Assembly (NCBI GenBank): GCA_041489155.1
Contig: JBGPQP010000004.1
Coordinates: forward strand, 13,592 to 77,591
Origin: Candidatus Aenigmatarchaeota archaeon
GTDB lineage: Archaea > Aenigmatarchaeota > Aenigmatarchaeia > QMZP01 > QMZT01
Reading direction: 5' to 3'
Length of the DNA: 64,000 bases
In this document: positions 18,957 through 26,230 of the stretch, piece after piece
Layout: each line of letters begins with the position of its first letter
Position numbering within the stretch: the first letter of the stretch is position 1
Notes under the pieces: model-generated
What the model was told of the DNA's origin: nothing
The model's input: only the letters and a program-made list of their open reading frames with translations
Database searches by the model: none
Translations under genes and position numbers: made by a program

Positions 18957-19820
18957 TTATTTGCTCATTCTTATCGGAATCCATACGCCGCTTTCCGTGT
19001 AGTGACCTAAACCGCCAAAATCGTAAGCCCTGATCCTGTTTTTGCCGGCTTGTTTCGCTTTGAGCATGGCATTGTCAGCATAATGGACAATCGCTCTTGC
19101 GGCTATTTCCTCGAAATCCTTTCCAAGATCAGGAGCCTTGACGCCTGCCGTCTGCTGCAAACGGATGAAGTCGTATACATTCTTAAGCATCACAAGCGCC
19201 TTGTTTTTATCTGAACCTGAACGAGAGCAGTATTCGTTTATTCTTGCCATCGTTCTTTCAGCGACGCCGTCACTGTCCAGGAAAGCAGCTATGGTGTCCC
19301 TTCCTCTCTCCCCATAAAGCATCGGGACGCCTACAACATCGCTTGATGTGACGCCGCCGCTTATGGTAAAAGCATAATCATCGGCTATCAACCTTCTTAT
19401 TTCATCTGCTGTCATGTAAGCGCCTCTCGTGCTCGTCGATCTCAAAAGGGCCAGGAATTCATCGGCCTTCGTGCTGTTCCTGCAGACAATGTCCGAGGTT
19501 CTTAGATTGTTTTTTAATGAGAGGGCCGTGTTCCTTATGGCTTCGTCGCCTTTCTGGTGACCTTCGTCGTCATTTATGGCTTTGAGGTTGTCGTTGTCAA
19601 CGAAAAGGATGGCATGCGGCTGGCCAGCCCTGGCCGAGGCTGAGAGCTCGATAGGCAGTATCCTGTCAAAAAACTTCCTGTTGAAAATGCCCGTAAGAGA
19701 ATCATCATACAGAACTGCCTGAAGGCAATCAATGAGATAAGCCGCCTTTTTGCCGCCAGTTTCCTTTATGTGCTCTTCCAGCGCATGCGCGGCTTCGTCT
19801 ATTTTACTATTATCAGGCAT
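18957..19820 (-). CDS. GGDEF-like nucleotide cyclase domain protein with degenerate signature (KADEF)
   Basis: 'DSLTGIFNRKFF', 'ILFVDNDNLKAINDDEGHQKGDEAI', 'SDIVCRNSTKADEFLALL' and 'YADNAMLKAKQAGKNRI' line up with the GGDEF consensus (LTGLxNRR / DiDxFKxiNDxxGHxxGD / RxGGDEF / ADxALYxAKxxGRN). There is an ~85-aa insertion before the last helix. Confidence 0.75.
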   Translation of the reverse strand: MPDNSKIDEAAHALEEHIKETGGKKAAYLIDCLQAVLYDDSLTGIFNRKFFDRILPIELSASARAGQPHAILFVDNDNLKAINDDEGHQKGDEAIRNTALSLKNNLRTSDIVCRNSTKADEFLALLRSTSTRGAYMTADEIRRLIADDYAFTISGGVTSSDVVGVPMLYGERGRDTIAAFLDSDGVAERTMARINEYCSRSGSDKNKALVMLKNVYDFIRLQQTAGVKAPDLGKDFEEIAARAIVHYADNAMLKAKQAGKNRIRAYDFGGLGHYTESGVWIPIRMSK

Positions 19821-19948
19821 ATTTTATTCACTAATAGATAGTTACGTTATTAATTTATAAAGCTTTTTTGCCGCTTTCGAAGCGGCGATGTTTGTCGCTT
19901 TTTGGCAAAATTAGCCTCAAAAATGCGCCTGGCAGGATAACGATACCT

Positions 19949-19975
19949 TTATATATATATTATATAGTATATACA
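19949..19975. promoter_or_regulatory. TA-rich TATA-box region in a divergent intergenic spacer
   Basis: 'tatatatatattatatagtatatacag' lies ~30-55 nt upstream of ATG 20003. 'ggaggg' lies at 19991-19996. Confidence 0.4.
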
Positions 19976-20002
19976 GTACTAAACCAAAACGGAGGGATAA
20001 AA

Positions 20003-20236
20003 ATGGCAAACGTAACATTCGAAACTGTAAAAGCAGAAGAAGTGAAATTCGGTAGGAACAACTTCATCGAGGTCGCAAGAAAGAAAGCAACGACCGACCA
20101 GGGTGAAAATGAGTTCATAGCAATTTCTCGCGGGTTCTTCCTTCCAGACGGAACGAAGAAATTCAAGAGATCGATTGCAATACCGGACGAAAAGGAAATA
20201 AAGAAATTCATATCGGAAAGAATACTGGAATACTGA
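20003..20236 (+). CDS. Small PC4/YdbC-like putative ssDNA-binding protein
   Basis: 77 aa counted from the ATG preceded by GGAGGG; the upstream part of the 122-aa ORF is the TA-rich promoter. 'FGRNNFIEVARKKA...ENEFIAISRGFFLPDGTKKFKRSIAIP' resembles the PC4/YdbC beta-sheet pattern. The assignment is tentative. Confidence 0.5.
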   Translation: MANVTFETVKAEEVKFGRNNFIEVARKKATTDQGENEFIAISRGFFLPDGTKKFKRSIAIPDEKEIKKFISERILEY

Positions 20237-20378
20237 TGCGGTTTGGCTAAAGCTGAACCAAAGGGATACATTGTTCTTTCTTTCCCTTTATTTTCATTTT
20301 ATTTGATTTAAGCAGCTGTTATTCTAGCTTCCTTGAAATAAAAAAATTAAACAAAGCTCCAAAAACAGAATGGGGAAA

Positions 20379-20720
20379 TTAACCTATGTAGACGTCTTCC
20401 TTTCCTGTCACGACCTCGCTCTTCTCGACCTTCTTTAGCTCCTTGGGTATCTTTATCCTGCCGTGCTTCTTCTCGTAGCCCTCGACCGATTTCTTGAGCG
20501 TCTCAAGGAATATCTTCGCAAACTTCGCGTCCATGATCATGACCTTGTGCTTGACGGCGATGGTCTGCTGGGATTTTCCATGAATCTGGTCTATCCTGGG
20601 CGTGTTCTGCTTGAAGTCGAGAATGAACTTCGAGGGGTTGTAGATTATGCTTATCGCGTCAGTGTAGAAGCCTTCGTCCCTGTGGTCTATCTGGACGTTT
20701 ATGTTTCTCTCTTCCTCCAT
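20379..20720 (-). CDS. DUF3467-like small protein
   Basis: 113 aa. 'FYTDAISIIYNPSKFILDFKQ' resembles the DUF3467 core. Confidence 0.55.
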   Translation of the reverse strand: MEEERNINVQIDHRDEGFYTDAISIIYNPSKFILDFKQNTPRIDQIHGKSQQTIAVKHKVMIMDAKFAKIFLETLKKSVEGYEKKHGRIKIPKELKKVEKSEVVTGKEDVYIG

Positions 20721-20741
20721 GTTGCACCTCCAAATATCAAA

Positions 20742-22220
20742 TTACCTGAGCAGGTTTAATAAAAGCGGCGATGCGTTAACCAGCATCAAACCCACTATCA
20801 GCATTATTACCGCGTTCACGAGCAGCTCCTTTGTGCTCCTCCTGATTCTGAATTCCGCAACTAGCTCCTCGAACATCTTGCCACCGTCGAAGGGGACGAT
20901 CGGCAGGAGGTTCACGAGGGCGACGTTGAAGCTGAGGAAGAATATCCAGAAAAGCGTAGGCGTGAAGAAGAAGACGGCTTCCGCCTGAAGCCTGTACTTC
21001 TCCCTGAACTCGTCCTTGAGCTTGGAGGTTTCCTGCAGATCTATGCCTATGTAGCCCCTGCTTGCGTTGTCCGTCCTGGATGCGACGGTCAGGTTGAAGG
21101 TGCCGTTGGACGTGACGAAATTCACCTGCTGCCTGGGTTTTATCTGCGAGACGGCGAGATTGAAGGATTCGACGTCAAGCGTGGGCATGCCGTTTATTTC
21201 TTTTATCACGTAGCCCTTATCGAGGACGCCGTAAGCCGGCGTGCCGTTAGCAACGTTAGTTATAATCATGCCGGTAGGCTCGGTCATCATGCCAAGCGCC
21301 GGCCCCATCACGGAGACCAGCAGCAAGAGAGCGATTAGCGCGACTATGAGGTTGGTGAAAGAGCCTATCGCGTATATCCTCATCCTGCCCCTGCTCCTGT
21401 AAAGCTTCATGCCCTTCTCGTCCGGCTCAACGAAACCGCCTATGGGAAGCGGCCCCGCGGTAAGGATGCCTGCCGACTTGAGCCTTATCTTGTGCGACCT
21501 GGTAAGGACGCCGTGCGCGAATTCGTGCGGCACGAGCAGGCATATCATCGCTATCAGAGCCTGCCAGAAGGGGATGAAAATCCCTGTCCCGGGGAAGAAG
21601 AAACCCGGCCCTTCGCTGCTTACCGTGGGCAGCAGCGGCGATACGCCAGGGACGCTGCTCTGCAGCAGGATAATTTTCAGAGCCTGCGAGAACAGCAGGC
21701 TGATGAGCAGCGAGGGAATGCCAAACACGCCGACGAGAACCGAGACGTAAGGCTTGAGGAAGCCCATGTCGGAAAGCATGGGGAAAATTTCAAACGCTAT
21801 GACGCCCATGACCACGGCAGCAGCTGCCAGGTGCATCAGTTTTCTTTCGCTTCTCCTCAGCAGATAAACGCCTGCAGCGAGCACGCAAACGCCGATTACC
21901 GCAGGCAAAACGCCGAAGGAAAGGTACGTGAAAATCAGCGCTGCTGCGCCGAGCACGAGGGCGACGGACCATGTGTTACGGTATTTCGCGACGTAATAGC
22001 CTCCGACCCCTCCGAACGAAACCACTATTGCGATGTCGCCCAAGAATTTCCAGAAATAAGGCGAAAGCCTAGCGATGTTGTCGACGAACCTGAGGCCGTG
22101 CCTCGTCTCTATCATGAAGAAGACGTTGAAGAATCTTTTGTAACTTGTCCTGCTTAGCAGGATGAGGCCTATCAGAAAGGCGGCGATGCCTATTATTATG
22201 TAAGAATCAACAAATTCCAT
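20742..22220 (-). CDS. Site-2 protease family (M50) intramembrane metalloprotease with PDZ domain
   Basis: Multiple TM helices, 'VPHEFAHGV' (HExxH), a PDZ-like segment (GMIITNVANGTPAYGVLDKGYVIKEINGMP), and distal 'NLLPIVPFDGG'. Confidence 0.85.
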   Translation of the reverse strand: MEFVDSYIIIGIAAFLIGLILLSRTSYKRFFNVFFMIETRHGLRFVDNIARLSPYFWKFLGDIAIVVSFGGVGGYYVAKYRNTWSVALVLGAAALIFTYLSFGVLPAVIGVCVLAAGVYLLRRSERKLMHLAAAAVVMGVIAFEIFPMLSDMGFLKPYVSVLVGVFGIPSLLISLLFSQALKIILLQSSVPGVSPLLPTVSSEGPGFFFPGTGIFIPFWQALIAMICLLVPHEFAHGVLTRSHKIRLKSAGILTAGPLPIGGFVEPDEKGMKLYRSRGRMRIYAIGSFTNLIVALIALLLLVSVMGPALGMMTEPTGMIITNVANGTPAYGVLDKGYVIKEINGMPTLDVESFNLAVSQIKPRQQVNFVTSNGTFNLTVASRTDNASRGYIGIDLQETSKLKDEFREKYRLQAEAVFFFTPTLFWIFFLSFNVALVNLLPIVPFDGGKMFEELVAEFRIRRSTKELLVNAVIMLIVGLMLVNASPLLLNLLR

Positions 22221-22243
22221 ACAAATATTTTGTTCTCAGAAAG

Positions 22244-22825
22244 TTAAATAGCACGACGCTTTTTTTCGGGCAGGGCCTGAAATTCTCGTAGGATTTTTCC
22301 AAAAACTTTTTTCATCTCGGGCGTTTGTATGTTCTGCCGCCCGTCCTCGAAGAACTCGCTGAAATCGATTCTAGGGTTCGTCGTCGCGTACGCCAGCGCC
22401 TGCATACACATCTCCAGCTTGTCCAGGTCCCTGACGAACTGCGCCTCCTTCGTTTTCCGCTCTTCAAATTCCTTCCACAGACCGGTGATTTCCTTCGCCG
22501 TTTCATCCGGCAGGAGCGAAACGATTTTTTTCATGCCTTCTTCCTCGAGTTTTTTCTTCATCTTACCGGGCATCGTCCTGTCCTCTTTCCTGATCCTGCT
22601 GGGGATGTCGCCGGAATAGGCCTCGCACAGGTCGTGGACAAGCGCGAGCTTCACGCACCTGCCGGAATCCAGGCCCGTCTGTTTCGCATAGACGTAAGCC
22701 AGAACAGCCAGCATGAAGGAGTGGTCGGCAACGCTCTCGGACGCTTTAACGCCCTTGAGAATCCAGCCTGCCCTTTTCAGGTGCTTGAGTTTCAAAACTT
22801 TTGCCGCAAAATCCAGCAAATCCAT
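22244..22825 (-). CDS. HD-domain phosphohydrolase (YfbR-like 5'-nucleotidase family)
   Basis: 'ESVADHSF' and 'LVHDLCEAYSGDI' give the H...HD...D metal ligands. 193 aa. Confidence 0.8.
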   Translation of the reverse strand: MDLLDFAAKVLKLKHLKRAGWILKGVKASESVADHSFMLAVLAYVYAKQTGLDSGRCVKLALVHDLCEAYSGDIPSRIRKEDRTMPGKMKKKLEEEGMKKIVSLLPDETAKEITGLWKEFEERKTKEAQFVRDLDKLEMCMQALAYATTNPRIDFSEFFEDGRQNIQTPEMKKVFGKILREFQALPEKKRRAI

Positions 22826-22911
22826 AAAATCAATATTGTGCAGGGTTTTTTATAGGACTGGGCACATTATTTAAAATCCAGACACATAATAAACACTGCA
22901 AATAAATAGAT

Positions 22912-23089
22912 GCGGGGGTACCCAAGCGGTCAAAGGGGCTAGGCTAAGGTTCACGGCTTTGTCGTAATCTGGCCTGAAGAGAGGGTTAATCCCTTGATGA
23001 TTAGAAACCTAGTGCTTTAGTAGCTTCCAGGGTTCGAAAGCGCATGAAGTAGGTAAAACCTGCTTCGCTCGGAATTCCCTGCTCCCGCA
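22912..23089 (+). tRNA. Class II (long variable arm) tRNA, Leu-like, with two introns: 22950-23006 (position 37/38) and 23039-23075 (position 59/60)
   Basis: Acceptor GCGGGGG/CTCCCGC plus A73. Anticodon stem CTAGG/CCTAG; loop CTAAGG|A reads as anticodon AAG. Variable arm TGCTTTAGTAGCT. T arm CAGGG TTCGAA|T CCCTG. Both insertions fold into BHB-like motifs (details in findings). The spliced length is 84 nt. Confidence 0.8.
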
Positions 23090-23135
23090 TTAAATTTATA
23101 TATTCGCCTGATAATATTTAGAGATAATTAGCACA

Positions 23136-23924
23136 ATGGTGATTTGTTTGAAAATCAAGGTCATCAGCAAGAAGGGAGAGAATTTCAGGTTTCTTCTGGA
23201 GGGGGCGAATCCCGCCTTCGCAAATACGCTCAGAAGGATAATGATATCGGAAGTACCGAACATGACCATCGATTCTGTCGAATTCCAGGACAACACGTCA
23301 GCGCTGTTCGACGAAATAATCGCGCACAGGATGGGCATGATACCTTTGCAGTTCGATCCGGACAAGTTCAACGTCATGAAGGACTGCAAATGCGAGGGCA
23401 AAGGCTGCCCGTCATGCCAAGTTTTCTTCGCGCTGGAAAAGACAGGACCGGCGATGGTTTATTCATCCGACCTGAAATCATCGAACAAGAGCGTAAGGCC
23501 TACTTCACCGGATTTCCCGATAGTCAAGCTGCTCAAGGACCAGCACCTGAAGATGGAAGCGACCGCGAGGCTCGGAACCGGCAGGGAGCATGCCAAATTC
23601 CAGTCAGCCAACGTGGCTTACAATTATTTGCCTACCATAGAGGCTTCAAGCTCAGAGGATTTCAAAAGGGTCGTAAGCGCCTGCCCCAAGGGCGTGCTGG
23701 AAGTAAAGAACAGGAAGCTTGTTCTGGTCGACCCCTACGCATGCAACGAATGCAAGATGTGCGAGGAAACGGACGAGGGGGTAAAGATGAAGGGGGATCC
23801 GACGAAATTCGTGTTCAAGGTCGAGAGCATCTCGGGCCTTGAGCCGGAGTACATAGTCGAGAGGGCCGTGCAGATTCTCGAGGAGAAGGCGAAGGACTTC
23901 AAGGAACAACTGAAGGAAGTGTAG
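23136..23924 (+). CDS. rpoD: DNA-directed RNA polymerase subunit D (Rpo3)
   Basis: 'NAFANTLRRIMISEVPNMTIDSVEFQDNTSALFDEIIAHRMGMIPL' is the conserved Rpo3/RpoD dimerisation region. An internal Cys cluster (CNECKMCEE) matches the Fe-S-like domain. Confidence 0.9.
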   Translation: MVICLKIKVISKKGENFRFLLEGANPAFANTLRRIMISEVPNMTIDSVEFQDNTSALFDEIIAHRMGMIPLQFDPDKFNVMKDCKCEGKGCPSCQVFFALEKTGPAMVYSSDLKSSNKSVRPTSPDFPIVKLLKDQHLKMEATARLGTGREHAKFQSANVAYNYLPTIEASSSEDFKRVVSACPKGVLEVKNRKLVLVDPYACNECKMCEETDEGVKMKGDPTKFVFKVESISGLEPEYIVERAVQILEEKAKDFKEQLKEV

Positions 23925-23925
23925 C

Positions 23926-24123
23926 ATGACGCTGAAGCTCATCGTCTCCTGGATTTTCGGAGGGGCGCTGATAGCAGCGGCCGCGTGGATTCTTGGCCAT
24001 CTCGACGAGACACTGGGCGTTTCGCCTGCATCGTACTGGACCGCGTTTTTCCTTGCCTTCGTGCTCATACTCATAGGCGGCCTAGCGTGGATAAGCGTCG
24101 CCACGGCGACGTCGAAGCACTAA
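23926..24123 (+). CDS. Small two-TM membrane protein, hypothetical
   Basis: 65 aa. The ATG lies 2 nt after the rpoD stop. Two hydrophobic helices. Confidence 0.4.
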   Translation: MTLKLIVSWIFGGALIAAAAWILGHLDETLGVSPASYWTAFFLAFVLILIGGLAWISVATATSKH

Positions 24124-24206
24124 CACGGGAATAAATTCTGAAAAAGCGGTCTGATTCTTGGAAACATTCGCAAGGAATAAAAAGGGGTTGCGACCAATAA
24201 TAAAGC

Positions 24207-24425
24207 ATGTTGAACGAAAACGAGATGCAGATACTGGGAGTTTTCAGCCAGCGCCTCCTCATCAGAAGGGACGAGCTGAGAAGCGTCCTTGCTGAGAGCG
24301 GCGTCAACGACGGCACGATGACGATAAACAGGCTCAGTAGCCTCGGATACCTGAAGTTCATCGAGGCCGTGGGCGCTCCGTGCTACACGATAACGCAAGA
24401 GGGGATCAGGGCACTTAAAAAATAA
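24207..24425 (+). CDS. Small winged-helix DNA-binding protein
   Basis: 72 aa. 'EMQILGVFSQRLLIRRDELRSVL...INRLSSLGYLKFIE' has an HTH-plus-wing pattern (MarR/ArsR-like mini-protein). Confidence 0.5.
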   Translation: MLNENEMQILGVFSQRLLIRRDELRSVLAESGVNDGTMTINRLSSLGYLKFIEAVGAPCYTITQEGIRALKK

Positions 24426-24512
24426 GTTATAAGCCCCTTCTTTCTTATTATAAATTACTTAGCACAACGTAGATACGCTGATGCAGGTTGAACCTGCGTC
24501 TTTTGAGACGTT

Positions 24513-24538
24513 AGCCCCGTGTTGTAGCGGTCAAGCAT
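24513..24538 (+). repeat. Degenerate duplicate of the tRNA-Gln 5' end (24/26 identical to 25469-25494)
   Basis: AGCCCCGTGTTGTAGCGGTCAAGCAT compared with AGCCCCGTGGTGTAGCGGCCAAGCAT. This direct repeat brackets the LAGLIDADG ORF. Confidence 0.85.
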
Positions 24539-25468
24539 AAATTTAAACATACAAATTCAACTATATATATGAGGGTAAAACTTTTAGATGGCAAACAAAG
24601 AGCATTAATAGAGCAAGTAAAAAATAAAAATAATTTTAATTTTAAAGAACTTTCGACATTTCTACGCGTCAATGGAGCAGCATTAAGAGAATGGTATTAT
24701 GAAAGATGTCTTTTACCTTACAATATTTTTAGAAAGTTAGATGAAGAAAAAAACTTCGAAAAATTTATAATGGAAATTAGAGAACAGAACTGGGGTCAAA
24801 GAGATGGGGGTAAAAAATCATATGGGAACACAAAGAAAATAAAAAAACCGCTTTTCGACGAAAGATTGGCAGAACTCGTGGGTATTTTATTAGGAGATGG
24901 CAACATCTATTCGTATAGAAATGTGAAAAACGGTAAAGTAATATCGACGCATAGTATAAGAATTTGTGGTGATTCCAGAAATGATCACGAGTATGTAACG
25001 GAACATGTTTCAAATTTGTTACAAAATCTTTTTGAAATAAAAACTCGTTTGTACAAAAGTAAAAAAAGAAACGCAGTTTATGTAATAGCTGATGGAATTG
25101 AACTAGTGAAATTTTTCAATTCATTTGGCTTGAAACCCGGAAATAAGATAAAAAACAATCTTACGATTCCAGAATGGATATGGCAAGATCCAGTATTTTT
25201 GAAATCTTGCATACGTGGTTTATTTGATACGGATGGTTCAATCTATGAATTAAAACCGCATTGGCCGGGTTTGATTCAAATATCGTTCAGAAATTATAAT
25301 AAACTCCTCCTGAAAGATGTAGAAAGAGCCTTGAAACAATTAGGTTTCATTACATCGAAAATACATGACAAAAAAATTTGCATAACGAAACAAAATGAAG
25401 TTGATAAATTTTTTAAGGAGATAAAACCTAATAATCCTAAACACGTTAAGAAATATGAAAAAATCAGA
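24539..25468 (+). mobile_element. AT-rich homing-endonuclease cassette between the 26-nt direct repeats
   Basis: Composition shifts visibly by eye. The cassette has its own TATA-like sequence (aaatttaaac...tatatata) and is bounded by duplicated tRNA 5' sequence. Confidence 0.55.
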
Positions 25469-25483
25469 AGCCCCGTGGTGTAG
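24569..25483 (+). CDS. LAGLIDADG homing endonuclease (double-motif)
   Basis: 'LAELVGILLGDGNIY' and 'CIRGLFDTDGSIY' are two LAGLIDADG motifs. The ORF is conspicuously AT-rich relative to its flanks. Its last five codons and stop (AGC CCC GTG GTG TAG) are the first nucleotides of tRNA-Gln. Confidence 0.85.
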   Translation: MRVKLLDGKQRALIEQVKNKNNFNFKELSTFLRVNGAALREWYYERCLLPYNIFRKLDEEKNFEKFIMEIREQNWGQRDGGKKSYGNTKKIKKPLFDERLAELVGILLGDGNIYSYRNVKNGKVISTHSIRICGDSRNDHEYVTEHVSNLLQNLFEIKTRLYKSKKRNAVYVIADGIELVKFFNSFGLKPGNKIKNNLTIPEWIWQDPVFLKSCIRGLFDTDGSIYELKPHWPGLIQISFRNYNKLLLKDVERALKQLGFITSKIHDKKICITKQNEVDKFFKEIKPNNPKHVKKYEKIRSPVV

Positions 25484-25681
25484 CGGCCAAGCATTTTTCT
25501 GTATTTTTGATTGCAGAAAAATGGGCTAGGCATGCAGGGCTTTGGATTCACAAAGCTTCCAAAGCTTTGAGAACCCCCCACTAAGGGATTTCCGTGAACG
25601 CTTTGGCGGACGCGGAAGCTCCTTCAGGGGTTCTGTGAAAGAAGAAACCCGGCGACGGCGGTTCGAATCCGCCCGGGGCTA
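25469..25681 (+). tRNA. tRNA-Gln (TTG) with two introns: 25491-25529 (D-arm) and 25546-25646 (position 37/38)
   Basis: Exons AGCCCCGTGGTGTAGCGGCCAA | GCATGCAGGGCTTTGG | ACCCGGCGACGGCGGTTCGAATCCGCCCGGGGCTA give a 73-nt cloverleaf. Acceptor AGCCCCG/CGGGGCT plus A73; loop CTTTGGA; T arm GGCGG TTCGAAT CCGCC. There is one A28-G42 mismatch in the anticodon stem. Confidence 0.8.
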
Positions 25682-25692
25682 TCCTTTCTCAA

Positions 25693-26097
25693 TCAAATGT
25701 GATAAAAAGTGTAAGTTCCCCTCGTGTCCCTGCCCTGGCCGGAGACTGCGATGGTGATGGTCAGGGGATTGTTGGGCGGGGTTTTGCCCCAGTTGGAGCA
25801 GTTCAGGGCATAGAGCATCTCTATAGAATACGTCCTGCCGTACTCCTCCTGGAAAGACGTCTTGAGGTCCTCGAGCCTGTTCTCGAAGCTGTCCTTGGTT
25901 TCGTTGCAGTAATAGGTCTCACGTATGGTCTGGTTGAGGCCGCTTAGTATGTTGTTGAAAATCCGGACGTCCATCGCCATGAAAGGCTCGGTGATGTCGA
26001 CCTCGGAATACTGGAACAATGCCTGCTGGACGATGAATATCATGCCTACGAGGAAAACGATTGCGACAAGAAACAGCTGGCCCTTTTTCTTCCCCAT
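25693..26097 (-). CDS. Type IV pilin-like protein (class III signal peptide candidate)
   Basis: The N-terminus MGKKKG|QLFLVAIVFLVGMIFIVQQ has a basic stretch, Gly, Gln(+1), then a ~20-aa hydrophobic helix. This is the archaeal prepilin pattern. 134 aa. Confidence 0.5.
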   Translation of the reverse strand: MGKKKGQLFLVAIVFLVGMIFIVQQALFQYSEVDITEPFMAMDVRIFNNILSGLNQTIRETYYCNETKDSFENRLEDLKTSFQEEYGRTYSIEMLYALNCSNWGKTPPNNPLTITIAVSGQGRDTRGTYTFYHI

Positions 26098-26230
26098 GAA
26101 AATAATTTGCGCGGCTTAAATAAAAAAACGAAAATGAAAGGAACGAGATAAGACAGAGTGCGACGGAGGGGTGAGTCTCGCTATCGCCCCTGTTATTCCT
26201 GCCCCTTTCCCCTTCAAGCGTCGTCCGGGT

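Noticed and set aside
20742-22220. Considered whether the S2P protease, HD hydrolase and DUF3467 genes form a defence or signalling module with the GGDEF-like gene
   Set aside because: Orientations and spacers do not support an operon, and each family is common as a stand-alone housekeeping gene. No sequence evidence links them.
22950-23006. Possible C/D-box sRNA in the tRNA-Leu-like intron (TGATGA at ~22995 and CTGA at ~22973)
   Set aside because: The box order is D-like before C-like in the linear intron. No C'/D' pair or terminal kink-turn stem is evident. The order would work only in a circularly permuted form, so evidence from sequence alone is insufficient.
23144-23842. 232-aa alternative-frame ORF within rpoD, and 33225-33884 (-) within the PGI/PMI gene
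   Set aside because: Both are Arg/Gly-rich alternative frames of genes whose primary frames carry unmistakable family motifs.
25542-25757. 71-aa plus-strand ORF
   Set aside because: It lies inside tRNA-Gln intron 2 and the 3' exon and is antisense to the pilin-like gene, so it is not credible as coding.
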